DNA of 64,000 bases, from assembly GCF_041248615.1 (NCBI RefSeq), contig NZ_CP158426.1, one strand, 5' to 3'. The stretch is from Escherichia coli (lineage in GTDB: Bacteria > Pseudomonadota > Gammaproteobacteria > Enterobacterales > Enterobacteriaceae). Below the pieces are notes generated by a model, which saw nothing but the letters and a program-made list of their open reading frames with translations, did no database searches and was not told the DNA's origin. Positions within the stretch are counted from its first letter, which is position 1; every line of letters begins with the position of its first letter. A program made the translations under genes and the position numbers. Positions 38,209 to 48,943 of the stretch are shown here, piece by piece.

Positions 38209-38630
38209 CCTCGCGCATACAGCCGGGCAGTGACGTCATCGTCTGCGCGGAAATGGACGAACAGTGGGGATACGTCGGGGCTAAATCGCGCCAGCGCTGG
38301 CTGTTTTACGCGTATGACAGGCTCCGGAAGACGGTTGTTGCGCACGTATTCGGTGAACGCACTATGGCGACGCTGGGGCGTCTTATGAGCCTGCTGTCAC
38401 CCTTTGACGTGGTGATATGGATGACGGATGGCTGGCCGCTGTATGAATCCCGCCTGAAGGGAAAGCTGCACGTAATCAGCAAGCGATATACGCAGCGAAT
38501 TGAGCGGCATAACCTGAATCTGAGGCAGCACCTGGCACGGCTGGGACGGAAGTCGCTGTCGTTCTCAAAATCGGTGGAGCTGCATGACAAAGTCATCGGG
38601 CATTATCTGAACATAAAACACTATCAATAA
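38127..38630 (+). CDS. insB: IS1 InsB frame (expressed as InsAB' by -1 frameshift)
   Basis: 167-aa [19 protein letters not shown]... overlapping the insA 3' end in the -1 frame. Confidence 0.9.
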   Translation: MPGNRPHYGRWPQHDFPPFKKLRPQSVTSRIQPGSDVIVCAEMDEQWGYVGAKSRQRWLFYAYDRLRKTVVAHVFGERTMATLGRLMSLLSPFDVVIWMTDGWPLYESRLKGKLHVISKRYTQRIERHNLNLRQHLARLGRKSLSFSKSVELHDKVIGHYLNIKHYQ

Positions 38631-38646
38631 GTTGGAGTCATTACCT

Positions 38647-39222
38647 AATGCATTAAGTGCTGTGCGCGATGTATTGCGCGAGAACCAGGATATTTATTTA
38701 GTTAATGAAGGTGCAAATACCCTGGATAATGCACGAAATATTATTGATATGTATAAACCACGTCGCCGTCTGGATTGTGGTACCTGGGGTGTCATGGGCA
38801 TCGGTATGGGCTATGCCATCGGTGCTAGCGTGACCTCTGGTTCTCCGGTTGTCGCCATTGAAGGTGATAGTGCTTTTGGTTTCAGTGGGATGGAGATTGA
38901 AACGATTTGTCGATATAACCTGCCGGTGACGATCGTTATTTTTAATAATGGCGGCATTTACAGAGGAGACGGTGTTGATCTCAGTGGCGCTGGTGCACCA
39001 TCACCAACGGATCTGCTGCACCATGCAAGGTATGACAAATTAATGGATGCGTTTCGTGGCGTTGGCTATAACGTCACTACGACAGATGAACTTCGTCATG
39101 CTTTAACCACCGGTATTCAGTCGCGCAAACCGACCATTATTAATGTGGTCATCGACCCTGCAGCAGGAACTGAAAGTGGCCATATTACCAAACTTAACCC
39201 AAAACAAGTCGCTGGTAATTAA
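38647..39222 (+). pseudogene. oxc: oxc 3' remnant (C-terminal ~192 codons of oxalyl-CoA decarboxylase)
   Basis: Frame [27 protein letters not shown]...[33 protein letters not shown] is the TPP-binding C-terminal domain; N-terminal two-thirds absent; the track ORF begins at a TTG inside the IS1 right end (38632). Confidence 0.85.
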
Positions 39223-39290
39223 ATACTGACATCGTCTCCTCTTGCCAACTCATTATCGATGGTGAGGGGACCCTTATCGGAAATACTATT

Positions 39291-40235
39291 ATGCTAACAT
39301 TTTTTATTGGCGATTTATTGCCTATTATCGTAATCATGCTGTTGGGTTATTTTAGCGGCAGACGAGAAACTTTTTCAGAAGATCAAGCCCGGGCATTTAA
39401 TAAACTGGTATTAAACTACGCTCTTCCTGCGGCCCTATTTGTTTCTATTACCCGGGCAAACAGGGAAATGATTTTTGCGGACACTCGCCTGACCCTTGTA
39501 TCACTTGTGGTTATTGTCGGATGTTTCTTTTTCTCCTGGTTTGGTTGCTACAAATTTTTTAAACGTACTCATGCAGAAGCAGCAGTATGTGCATTAATTG
39601 CAGGTTCACCTACCATCGGATTCCTGGGATTTGCAGTTCTCGATCCTATTTATGGTGATTCCGTATCAACAGGTTTAGTTGTAGCAATTATTTCTATTAT
39701 TGTTAACGCAATTACTATTCCTATTGGTCTGTATTTGCTGAATCCTTCCTCAGGAGCAGATGGTAAGAAGAATAGTAATCTGAGCGCATTAATTTCTGCG
39801 GCAAAGGAGCCAGTAGTATGGGCACCTGTTCTGGCAACGATCCTGGTGTTGGTTGGGGTAAAAATTCCGGCAGCATGGGACCCAACCTTTAATCTGATTG
39901 CGAAGGCTAACTCAGGGGTAGCGGTATTCGCTGCGGGGTTGACTCTGGCTGCACATAAATTCGAGTTCAGTGCTGAAATTGCTTATAACACCTTCCTGAA
40001 GCTGATTCTGATGCCACTGGCGCTGCTTCTCGTGGGTATGGCATGTCATTTGAACAGCGAACATTTGCAGATGATGGTACTGGCAGGCGCCTTACCGCCG
40101 GCATTCTCCGGAATCATTATTGCCAGCCGGTTTAATGTCTACACCCGCACTGGTACAGCATCATTGGCTGTGAGCGTACTGGGCTTTGTCGTCACGGCTC
40201 CTTTGTGGATTTATGTCAGTCGACTGGTTTCATAA
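39291..40235 (+). CDS. yfdV: AEC-family (auxin efflux carrier-like) transporter
   Basis: 314-aa polytopic membrane ORF. Confidence 0.85.
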
Positions 40236-40262
40236 TTAATCATGTTATTGATTTTACATAAA

Positions 40263-40296
40263 TGCCGAAGTGTCTTTTCACCTTCGGCTTTTTTCA
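40263..40296 (+). terminator. Hairpin plus T-run between yfdV and yfdE
   Basis: gccgaagtg-tcttttcac-cttcggc followed by TTTTTT. Confidence 0.5.
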
Positions 40297-40308
40297 AGGC
40301 ATAAGCAA

Positions 40309-41454
40309 ATGACAAATAATGAATGCAAAGGGCCGTTTGAAGGCTTATTAGTTATCGATATGACACATGTCCTTAATGGACCTTTCGGAACTCAACTTCT
40401 TTGTAATATGGGCGCAAGGGTAATTAAAGTTGAGCCGCCGGGTCATGGTGATGATACCCGCACATTTGGTCCCTATGTGGATGGGCAGTCACTCTATTAC
40501 AGTTTTATTAATCATGGCAAAGAGAGTGTGGTTCTTGATTTAAAGAATGCTCACGATAAAAGTATATTTATAAATATGCTTAAACAAGCTGATGTATTAG
40601 CTGAGAATTTTCGCCCAGGTACAATGGAAAAACTGGGGTTTTCATGGGAAAGGTTACAAGAAATCAACCCGCGCCTCATCTATGCTTCATCGTCGGGTTT
40701 CGGGCATACCGGTCCGTTAAAAGATGCTCCTGCCTACGATACCATTATTCAGGCAATGAGCGGGATAATGATGGAAACAGGGTACCCTGATGCTCCTCCA
40801 GTGCGTGTTGGTACCTCTCTTGCGGATCTATGCGGCGGTGTCTATTTATTCAGCGGAATAGTGAGTGCACTTTATGGTCGCGAAAAGAGCCAGAGAGGGG
40901 CGCATGTCGATATAGCGATGTTTGATGCCACGCTGAGTTTTCTGGAGCATGGTCTGATGGCATATATTGCGACAGGGAAGTCACCACAACGCCTGGGAAA
41001 TCGCCATCCCTACATGGCACCTTTTGATGTTTTTGATACTCAGGATAAGCCGATTACGATTTGTTGTGGTAATGACAAGCTTTTTTCTGCGTTATGCCAG
41101 GCACTGGAGCTTACAGAACTGGTTGATGATCCCCGATTTATCAGCAATATTTTACGCGTACAAAACCAGGCTATTCTTAAACAATATATTGAGCGGACGT
41201 TAAAAACACAGGCAGCTGAAGTTTGGTTAGCCAGAATACATGAAGTTGGTGTACCCGTAGCGCCGTTATTAAGTGTGGCTGAGGCCATTAATTTGCCACA
41301 AACTCAGGCGAGAAATATGTTGATTGAAGCCGGGGGAATAATGATGCCGGGTAATCCGATAAAAATCAGCGGCTGCGCGGACCCGCATGTTATGCCGGGA
41401 GCGGCAACGCTCGACCAGCATGGGGAACAAATTCGCCAGGAATTCTCATCGTAA
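40309..41454 (+). CDS. yfdE: Acetyl-CoA:oxalate CoA-transferase (family III CoA transferase)
   Basis: 381 aa from MTNNECKGPFEGLLVIDMTHVLNGPFGTQ; track start 40270 is an over-extension. Confidence 0.85.
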   Translation: MTNNECKGPFEGLLVIDMTHVLNGPFGTQLLCNMGARVIKVEPPGHGDDTRTFGPYVDGQSLYYSFINHGKESVVLDLKNAHDKSIFINMLKQADVLAENFRPGTMEKLGFSWERLQEINPRLIYASSSGFGHTGPLKDAPAYDTIIQAMSGIMMETGYPDAPPVRVGTSLADLCGGVYLFSGIVSALYGREKSQRGAHVDIAMFDATLSFLEHGLMAYIATGKSPQRLGNRHPYMAPFDVFDTQDKPITICCGNDKLFSALCQALELTELVDDPRFISNILRVQNQAILKQYIERTLKTQAAEVWLARIHEVGVPVAPLLSVAEAINLPQTQARNMLIEAGGIMMPGNPIKISGCADPHVMPGAATLDQHGEQIRQEFSS

Positions 41455-41508
41455 ATTAAGATGTGCTGGTAAATAGCTCCCACATTTGAACATTGTGGGA
41501 GCCGCTAT

Positions 41509-44500
41509 TTAGTCATTTTGTTGACAGAAAACAGCAATCTCCTGGTCCAGCTCTGCAATGTGTTCTTTAACAGAGTTCAGCAGCTGAAGAATTTCAGGCT
41601 TACTGTCATCTGAAACAGGTGTTATTTCTAACTGATGGCTAATATTAATCAACTTTTGCAAATTCAGGATGTTAGCCGCACCGTGGATGCGATGAATACA
41701 CTGATGGAAAGTTCTGTTGTCGCCAGCTTCTAGTGCATGAAACGCAGCGGGTAGATCTTTATGCGTTTCATGCTGGAAAGTCATGAGAATCTCCTGCATC
41801 AGTTGTAGATCGTTCGCCGTATTATTTTTCAGGGCCTCGATATCAAGGTGGCGATACTGAGGTGCAATAGGCGCAACCTGGTGTAACTGACTTAAATGTG
41901 TTTTCATTACATCCAGGGTCAACGGTTTGAACAAACATAAGTTCATGCCGTAATTTAACCCTTTTTCACGTTCGTTAGCCTGTGCGTTGGCTGTAAGCCC
42001 CCAGATGGGTAAGGAAGAATTTTGCTCACGGAGTTTGCGAGTCAACTCAAAACCATCCATATTCGGCATATTAACGTCAGTAATAAGCAGATCATAATGT
42101 TGCATACTGACTTTGTGTAGCGCTTGCACACCATCAGTTGCTTCATCAACATCATATCCTAATAGGTTTAGCTGGCGTTTGAGTAATAGCCTGTTGGTCG
42201 GATGATCATCCGCGATTAATATGCTCAACTTTTCAGGGAGTGTCATGGGTTGTTCTGCTTTTGCCTCGACAGTCGCCACTTGTTGGGTAATTTCTACCGG
42301 GATTGTGATCGTAAATGTCGTTCCTATGCCTGGATGACTTTCTAATGACAAATCGCCCTGCATGTTTTTAATTAATTCTTTGCAGATCATTAAGCCTAAA
42401 CCAGAACCTGTTTGCTGACGACCTGCACTTGTTTGGCTATAGCGTTTAAACAGTTGTTGTTGTTCTTCCTGTGATAATCCACTTCCAGAATCCATAATCG
42501 TCATTTTGATTACAGCGTGGTTGTCATCAATGTTAACCAGGGAGGTCGTAATTTTTACTGCCCCCTCGGTGGTAAATTTGAGAGCATTGCTCAGTAAATT
42601 AGATAAGACCTGCTTAAACGCCTGAGGGTCGATCTTAACCAGGTAATGTTCAGGAAACGTACTGCTGCAACTTAATGCGATCGATTTGCTTGCAGCAATC
42701 GCACCGAAAGAGTGACAAGTGTTCTGGACTAAAGTAGGGATATCGACCCATTGTGGTTGAAGTTGATAGTTACCCGACTCAATTTTGTCGACATCAAGGA
42801 TTTCACCAATTAAGCCGAGGAGTGATTGTCCGGTGGCGTAGGCAAGTGAAATCGCCTCCACCCGTTGCTCCTTGCTAAGACCAGAACCCGACAGAAGTTC
42901 CAGGAAGCCCATAATGGAGCTTATTGGTGTTCTTATTTCGTGACTCATTGTTGCCAGAAACTGGCTTTTTGCGACAGTTGCATTGATCGCTTTATTTCTC
43001 TCTACTTCGAGTGCATGAATTAAATCACGCGTCTCGGTAATATCTTGCCAACCACAAATATAAACAGCATGATCGCTGGCTGGCAGATTGCATAATGTAT
43101 GCCAGTGATTAATGCATCTTTTCTCTATGCCATTATCAATTTCAAATACCTGTGTGTATATTGTTCGATTTTCTTTCGTTTCTGCTGTGACTTCATGCGC
43201 ATTAGAAAAAACATCTTTAAAGGGTGAGTCACTGTTTTCTAATGGTAACATTGCATTTTTGTAGTAATCCGCAGTGAAATAATGTTCAAAAGCACTATTA
43301 TGACTAATGACATTACCTTGCCAGTTTACAACATAAGTTGGATTCGGTAAGGAATCCGAGAGTGCTTTTCGGAATGATATTTGGTTTTCTAAATCACCCT
43401 GAATGACTTTACGACGACGAACTGAGCGTAACAGGTAGAATCCCCATAAAAGGCTACTGCCAACTAATAAAACGGATAATGTCGTGACAATATAAAATTG
43501 CTCGCTATAGAGGTCCCATGTGTCAATGGTCACATTGGGCATTTTAATCCATTTTTCCGTCAGGCGCAGAACTTCGCTTGGGGGAATTGCATTCAGAGCT
43601 TTATTAATAATATCCTTAAGTTCCGGTTCTCCGCGAGGAAAAGCGAACGAAAGCGATGCATTCTGAACGCCGGGAATAAGAAAATGATAAAGTTCATTAG
43701 GATAGTAATGGTCGATCATGTAACGTGAATTTAGCTGTGTCGCGACCAGAGCATCAAGTTCACCTTCCTTGACCTTGTGAAATGCAGCGCTGGCGTTATC
43801 GACTTTTATCCACTCTACCTCCGGATACATCTCTTTTAATTGCGAATGCAGCTCATAATAATATGGAATGGCAACTTTCATTCCTTTTTTTAATGTTTGT
43901 TCACTGTCAGGCGCTTTTTGCATGACAAAAACGTAAGGCGTTGTTATGAAGGCTTCAGCAAATAAAACATTATTTTCTCTATCTTCACTATAAATAGCAC
44001 CGGGTAATATATCCCATCCGCCGGGATTCAGCTGTGTTCCAGCATGGATATTGTGTGAAACGGTGATCGGAGAAAAATTTAAACCTGTTTGCAAGGTAAT
44101 AATATTAAGAATATCCCCCATAACGCCCCGAACCGAGCCATTTTCATCCGTCATAGAATAGGGAGGGGAGTAAGGATTTTCCAGCACCTTTAAATCGGGA
44201 TGCTGCTTAATCCACTGTTTTTCATGTTCAGTGAGTTCTAATGGTTTGTTCAGAAAGGCCAGGTTTCCTGTATCAAGCCAATTTTGTGATACTTCATAGC
44301 GAACTTCGTTTGTCAAAGCATCAACAAATCGATTGAGTACTTCATTAAGAACGACAGATTCTTTTCTGGTCAAGAAAAAATTATATTGACGCGGTGAGTT
44401 ATAATATTTCACTACATTTAAGGAGTGAGTGAAATAGCGGGAAATCATACTGCTGGTAATAATGTTACTACCAATAAAGTAATCATTCTGTCCGGCTGAG

Positions 44501-45102
44501 ACGGATGCTAATGCCTGATATAAATTTGTAAAAGAGATAATTGTTGCTTTTGGAAATGATTGATGAATTACCTCGTCTGGAGGGTAATTTGCTACCCGAG
44601 CAATATTTACTGGTTTTGATGAGGTAAGCGGTCTCATTGAATCGTGAAGGGTGGTGACGAGCGCCGGAAAGGTAATTATCAGCGGTTTGGTTGCAGCAAT
44701 GTCATCATTAAGAGGCGGCGAAGCAACTAAATGTGATAACACTATATCGACTTCCCCTTCTGTAAGCGCGTCCATTGCTTTTTGATGATCTGCGTATTCC
44801 CGGAGTGTTAATTTGATATTTAACGCTCTTTTTAAAAGATTTAAATAATCAGCATTAATACCACGAACCCGTTGCTGCGAATCGGTATGCAACAAAGTAG
44901 CCGTTTGGGACTTGTGTACTGCAATCACAAGATTTTTTTTGCTCGCTAACCAACGTAATTCCTTGTTGCTCAGACGTAGTGGATCAAGCGTGACACGGTT
45001 GTTACTACTGATGCCACGATATTCGATGTAATCTTCGTCTGCGAAACTTATGGTCGACCAAAGACCACAACAGAGAAGAATAATATAGGGTAAAAACTTC
45101 AT
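41509..45102 (-). CDS. evgS: Hybrid sensor histidine kinase EvgS
   Basis: 1197 aa with periplasmic domains, HisKA/HATPase, receiver and HPt domains. Confidence 0.95.
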   Translation of the reverse strand: MKFLPYIILLCCGLWSTISFADEDYIEYRGISSNNRVTLDPLRLSNKELRWLASKKNLVIAVHKSQTATLLHTDSQQRVRGINADYLNLLKRALNIKLTLREYADHQKAMDALTEGEVDIVLSHLVASPPLNDDIAATKPLIITFPALVTTLHDSMRPLTSSKPVNIARVANYPPDEVIHQSFPKATIISFTNLYQALASVSAGQNDYFIGSNIITSSMISRYFTHSLNVVKYYNSPRQYNFFLTRKESVVLNEVLNRFVDALTNEVRYEVSQNWLDTGNLAFLNKPLELTEHEKQWIKQHPDLKVLENPYSPPYSMTDENGSVRGVMGDILNIITLQTGLNFSPITVSHNIHAGTQLNPGGWDILPGAIYSEDRENNVLFAEAFITTPYVFVMQKAPDSEQTLKKGMKVAIPYYYELHSQLKEMYPEVEWIKVDNASAAFHKVKEGELDALVATQLNSRYMIDHYYPNELYHFLIPGVQNASLSFAFPRGEPELKDIINKALNAIPPSEVLRLTEKWIKMPNVTIDTWDLYSEQFYIVTTLSVLLVGSSLLWGFYLLRSVRRRKVIQGDLENQISFRKALSDSLPNPTYVVNWQGNVISHNSAFEHYFTADYYKNAMLPLENSDSPFKDVFSNAHEVTAETKENRTIYTQVFEIDNGIEKRCINHWHTLCNLPASDHAVYICGWQDITETRDLIHALEVERNKAINATVAKSQFLATMSHEIRTPISSIMGFLELLSGSGLSKEQRVEAISLAYATGQSLLGLIGEILDVDKIESGNYQLQPQWVDIPTLVQNTCHSFGAIAASKSIALSCSSTFPEHYLVKIDPQAFKQVLSNLLSNALKFTTEGAVKITTSLVNIDDNHAVIKMTIMDSGSGLSQEEQQQLFKRYSQTSAGRQQTGSGLGLMICKELIKNMQGDLSLESHPGIGTTFTITIPVEITQQVATVEAKAEQPMTLPEKLSILIADDHPTNRLLLKRQLNLLGYDVDEATDGVQALHKVSMQHYDLLITDVNMPNMDGFELTRKLREQNSSLPIWGLTANAQANEREKGLNYGMNLCLFKPLTLDVMKTHLSQLHQVAPIAPQYRHLDIEALKNNTANDLQLMQEILMTFQHETHKDLPAAFHALEAGDNRTFHQCIHRIHGAANILNLQKLINISHQLEITPVSDDSKPEILQLLNSVKEHIAELDQEIAVFCQQND

Positions 45103-45106
45103 GTGG

Positions 45107-45721
45107 TTAGCCGATTTTGTTACGTTGTGCGAATGTGTAAAGATCCATCAGTGATTTACATTCTAATTTTTCCATCAGGCGACTTTTATAAGTGCTGACA
45201 GTTTTGTTGCTGATGAACATTTTTTCCGCAATGTCATTATTATCCTTGCCATCAAGAATATATCGCATGACACTAATTTCTTGTTTCGATAAGGAGTCGA
45301 GTTTTTGCTGGTCGGACGTTAAACTTCCAACAAACCGGTTGAGAGAGAAGGGGAAATAGCAGTAGCCATTTTTTGCAGCTTCAATAGCCGCAATGATATT
45401 GTTCATGCCTTCTTTTTTACTCACGAATCCATTAGCGCCAGCATCAGCACAATGTTTCCCGTAAAAATGGTCATTTTTAGCGGAGACGATAATAATAATT
45501 CCGCTATATTGGCGCTTCCTCAGCGTTTCTAACACCTGGATACCGTTAACTCCGGGGATATCGACATCAATGATGACGATATCAGGTTTAAGTGTTTCCA
45601 CCCGCTGAACGGCACTTCCCCCTTCAGTCAACTCCGCTAAGATTTCAATATCGTTTTTGATCAATAAATTACGAATTGCTGCGATAGCAAGAGGATGGTC
45701 ATCAATAATTATTGCGTTCAT
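45107..45721 (-). CDS. evgA: Response regulator EvgA (NarL/FixJ family)
   Basis: 204 aa, MNAIIIDDHPLAIAAIRNLL receiver plus LuxR-type HTH. Confidence 0.95.
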   Translation of the reverse strand: MNAIIIDDHPLAIAAIRNLLIKNDIEILAELTEGGSAVQRVETLKPDIVIIDVDIPGVNGIQVLETLRKRQYSGIIIIVSAKNDHFYGKHCADAGANGFVSKKEGMNNIIAAIEAAKNGYCYFPFSLNRFVGSLTSDQQKLDSLSKQEISVMRYILDGKDNNDIAEKMFISNKTVSTYKSRLMEKLECKSLMDLYTFAQRNKIG

Positions 45722-45945
45722 AGATTATTCCCTTTGCAATGAAGCATCTCCCTTCTCCCTGTAGTAATACAGACATAAGGCATCATCTCATTTTCTCAAT
45801 AAAAATAAGAAAATTTGAGCTTCCTTTAAGATAATTCGACAAGTATACCATATAAATAGTCGGCATAAATGAAATGTCAACAATAAAATCAGGGATTGTA
45901 CCGATGATTTATAGTTTCACATTAGCACTATAAGTCTTCTCACTA

Positions 45946-45963
45946 ATCCTACATGCGTAAGAA
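45946..45963. promoter_or_regulatory. Candidate EvgA box in the evgA-emrK divergent region
   Basis: atcctaca-tg-cgtaagaa resembles the 18-bp EvgA inverted-repeat consensus TTCYTACA-NN-TGTARGAA (2 mismatches). Confidence 0.4.
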
Positions 45964-46136
45964 TTGTATTGCAAAAGCTACGGTTTAGTCCTCTGTTGTT
46001 TTTTTTGCACCTCATTTAAATTAGGCCTCCAACGTTCCTGGGACAATGTGCAACACATGCACTGTGTTTGATATGAAGAATGAATACTCTTTTCATTCAA
46101 TTCATAAATTTCATCTATGCGAAATGAGAGATAATA

Positions 46137-47300
46137 GTGGAACAGATTAATTCAAATAAAAAACATTCTAACAGAAGAAAATACTTTTCTTTATTGGCGG
46201 TAGTTTTATTTATTGCGTTTTCAGGTGCCTATGCCTATTGGTCAATGGAATTAGAAGACATGATTAGTACAGATGACGCCTATGTCACGGGGAATGCAGA
46301 TCCAATTTCTGCACAAGTTTCAGGCAGCGTCACTGTCGTTAATCATAAAGATACGAACTACGTTCGACAGGGTGACATTTTAGTCTCACTGGATAAGACT
46401 GATGCCACTATCGCACTCAATAAAGCTAAAAATAATCTGGCCAATATTGTTCGGCAAACGAATAAACTGTACTTACAGGATAAACAATACAGTGCCGAAG
46501 TCGCTTCAGCACGTATTCAGTATCAACAATCTTTAGAAGATTATAACCGTCGTGTACCTTTAGCGAAGCAGGGGGTTATTTCAAAAGAAACGCTGGAGCA
46601 TACCAAAGATACGTTAATAAGTAGCAAAGCGGCATTGAATGCTGCTATTCAGGCTTATAAAGCGAATAAAGCTTTAGTAATGAACACACCATTAAACCGT
46701 CAGCCACAAGTCGTTGAAGCGGCGGATGCAACCAAAGAAGCCTGGTTGGCGCTTAAACGTACGGATATTAAGAGTCCGGTTACCGGCTATATTGCCCAGC
46801 GAAGTGTTCAGGTCGGCGAAACAGTGAGTCCCGGACAATCGTTAATGGCTGTCGTACCGGCACGTCAAATGTGGGTTAATGCTAACTTTAAAGAAACACA
46901 ACTCACGGATGTACGGATTGGTCAATCGGTCAATATTATCAGCGATCTTTATGGTGAAAATGTTGTGTTTCATGGTCGGGTGACAGGGATCAATATGGGA
47001 ACCGGCAATGCGTTCTCCTTATTACCTGCACAAAATGCGACAGGGAACTGGATCAAAATCGTTCAGCGTGTACCGGTTGAAGTTTCTCTTGATCCAAAAG
47101 AACTCATGGAACATCCCTTACGTATTGGTTTATCGATGACAGCAACTATTGATACGAAGAACGAAGACATTGCCGAGATGCCTGAGCTGGCTTCAACCGT
47201 GACGTCCATGCCTGCTTATACCAGTAAGGCTTTAGTTATCGATACCAGTCCGATAGAAAAAGAAATTAGCAACATTATTTCGCATAATGGACAACTTTAA
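46137..47300 (+). CDS. emrK: Multidrug efflux periplasmic adaptor (EmrA paralogue)
   Basis: 387-codon ORF from a GTG; true start may be an internal ATG; HlyD-family adaptor. Confidence 0.85.
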   Translation: MEQINSNKKHSNRRKYFSLLAVVLFIAFSGAYAYWSMELEDMISTDDAYVTGNADPISAQVSGSVTVVNHKDTNYVRQGDILVSLDKTDATIALNKAKNNLANIVRQTNKLYLQDKQYSAEVASARIQYQQSLEDYNRRVPLAKQGVISKETLEHTKDTLISSKAALNAAIQAYKANKALVMNTPLNRQPQVVEAADATKEAWLALKRTDIKSPVTGYIAQRSVQVGETVSPGQSLMAVVPARQMWVNANFKETQLTDVRIGQSVNIISDLYGENVVFHGRVTGINMGTGNAFSLLPAQNATGNWIKIVQRVPVEVSLDPKELMEHPLRIGLSMTATIDTKNEDIAEMPELASTVTSMPAYTSKALVIDTSPIEKEISNIISHNGQL

Positions 47301-48838
47301 TGGCAATCACTAAATCAACTCCGGCACCATTAACCGGTGGGACGTTATGGTGCGTCACTATTGCATTGTCATTAGCGACGTTTATGCAAATGTTGGATTC
47401 CACTATTTCTAACGTCGCAATACCGACAATATCTGGCTTTCTGGGAGCATCAACAGACGAAGGCACCTGGGTTATCACCTCGTTTGGCGTAGCAAATGCC
47501 ATTGCGATCCCTGTTACCGGCAGGCTGGCACAAAGAATAGGCGAATTAAGATTATTTTTACTTTCAGTCACTTTTTTTTCGCTGTCTTCCTTAATGTGTA
47601 GTTTATCGACCAATCTTGATGTGCTGATATTTTTTAGAGTCGTTCAGGGATTAATGGCGGGGCCGTTAATTCCACTGTCACAGAGTTTATTATTAAGGAA
47701 TTATCCACCAGAAAAAAGAACATTTGCTCTGGCATTATGGTCTATGACCGTGATTATCGCGCCGATATGTGGGCCGATATTGGGCGGTTATATTTGTGAT
47801 AACTTTAGCTGGGGTTGGATATTTTTAATCAATGTCCCTATGGGGATTATCGTCCTGACATTATGCTTAACCTTACTTAAAGGAAGAGAAACTGAGACTT
47901 CACCGGTCAAAATGAATCTACCAGGACTGACCCTGTTAGTGCTCGGTGTTGGTGGCTTGCAAATTATGCTCGATAAAGGGCGCGATCTGGATTGGTTCAA
48001 CTCGAGTACAATAATAATACTAACAGTAGTGTCAGTTATTTCTCTGATCTCTTTAGTCATTTGGGAGTCGACCTCAGAGAATCCGATTCTTGACCTCAGT
48101 TTGTTTAAGTCCCGTAATTTCACCATTGGTATTGTGAGTATCACATGCGCGTATTTATTTTACTCTGGGGCAATAGTCCTTATGCCGCAATTACTCCAGG
48201 AAACGATGGGGTATAATGCGATATGGGCCGGACTTGCCTATGCGCCCATCGGCATCATGCCGCTATTAATATCGCCTTTGATAGGACGTTATGGCAACAA
48301 AATTGATATGCGGTTGTTGGTGACATTTAGTTTTTTAATGTATGCGGTTTGCTATTACTGGCGTTCTGTGACATTTATGCCAACGATTGATTTTACAGGC
48401 ATCATTTTGCCACAGTTTTTCCAGGGATTCGCCGTCGCCTGTTTCTTTTTACCCTTAACAACGATTTCGTTTTCAGGTTTGCCAGATAATAAATTTGCCA
48501 ATGCCTCGAGTATGAGTAATTTTTTTCGTACCTTGTCAGGATCAGTTGGTACGTCGTTGACAATGACGCTGTGGGGACGACGCGAATCGTTACACCATAG
48601 TCAGTTGACAGCAACCATCGATCAATTTAACCCCGTGTTTAATTCATCGTCACAAATTATGGATAAATACTATGGTTCGCTTTCAGGGGTTCTTAATGAA
48701 ATTAATAATGAAATAACTCAGCAGTCACTTTCAATTTCTGCAAATGAGATTTTCCGTATGGCGGCTATTGCTTTTATCTTACTTACGGTTTTGGTTTGGT
48801 TTGCGAAACCGCCGTTTACAGCGAAAGGCGTTGGGTGA
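47300..48838 (+). CDS. emrY: MFS multidrug efflux transporter (EmrB paralogue)
   Basis: 512-aa 14-TM MFS protein; start overlaps the emrK stop (TAATG). Confidence 0.9.
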   Translation: MAITKSTPAPLTGGTLWCVTIALSLATFMQMLDSTISNVAIPTISGFLGASTDEGTWVITSFGVANAIAIPVTGRLAQRIGELRLFLLSVTFFSLSSLMCSLSTNLDVLIFFRVVQGLMAGPLIPLSQSLLLRNYPPEKRTFALALWSMTVIIAPICGPILGGYICDNFSWGWIFLINVPMGIIVLTLCLTLLKGRETETSPVKMNLPGLTLLVLGVGGLQIMLDKGRDLDWFNSSTIIILTVVSVISLISLVIWESTSENPILDLSLFKSRNFTIGIVSITCAYLFYSGAIVLMPQLLQETMGYNAIWAGLAYAPIGIMPLLISPLIGRYGNKIDMRLLVTFSFLMYAVCYYWRSVTFMPTIDFTGIILPQFFQGFAVACFFLPLTTISFSGLPDNKFANASSMSNFFRTLSGSVGTSLTMTLWGRRESLHHSQLTATIDQFNPVFNSSSQIMDKYYGSLSGVLNEINNEITQQSLSISANEIFRMAAIAFILLTVLVWFAKPPFTAKGVG

Positions 48839-48943
48839 TGGTAAAAAGAGAGAGCTATAGCAGGTAAGACGGTAGAATCTTAAGTCTGCGCCATCGGCAG
48901 CATCGCTCACCCAGGGAAAGGATGGCGATGCTGCGTTGAAACG

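Larger units (their letters stand above)
37878..38646 (+). mobile_element. IS1 insertion sequence
   Basis: Starts GGTGATGCTGCCAACTTACTGAT and ends AAGTTGGAGTCATTACC (canonical IS1 terminal repeats); contains insA and insB; about 768 bp, boundaries +/-1. Confidence 0.95.
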
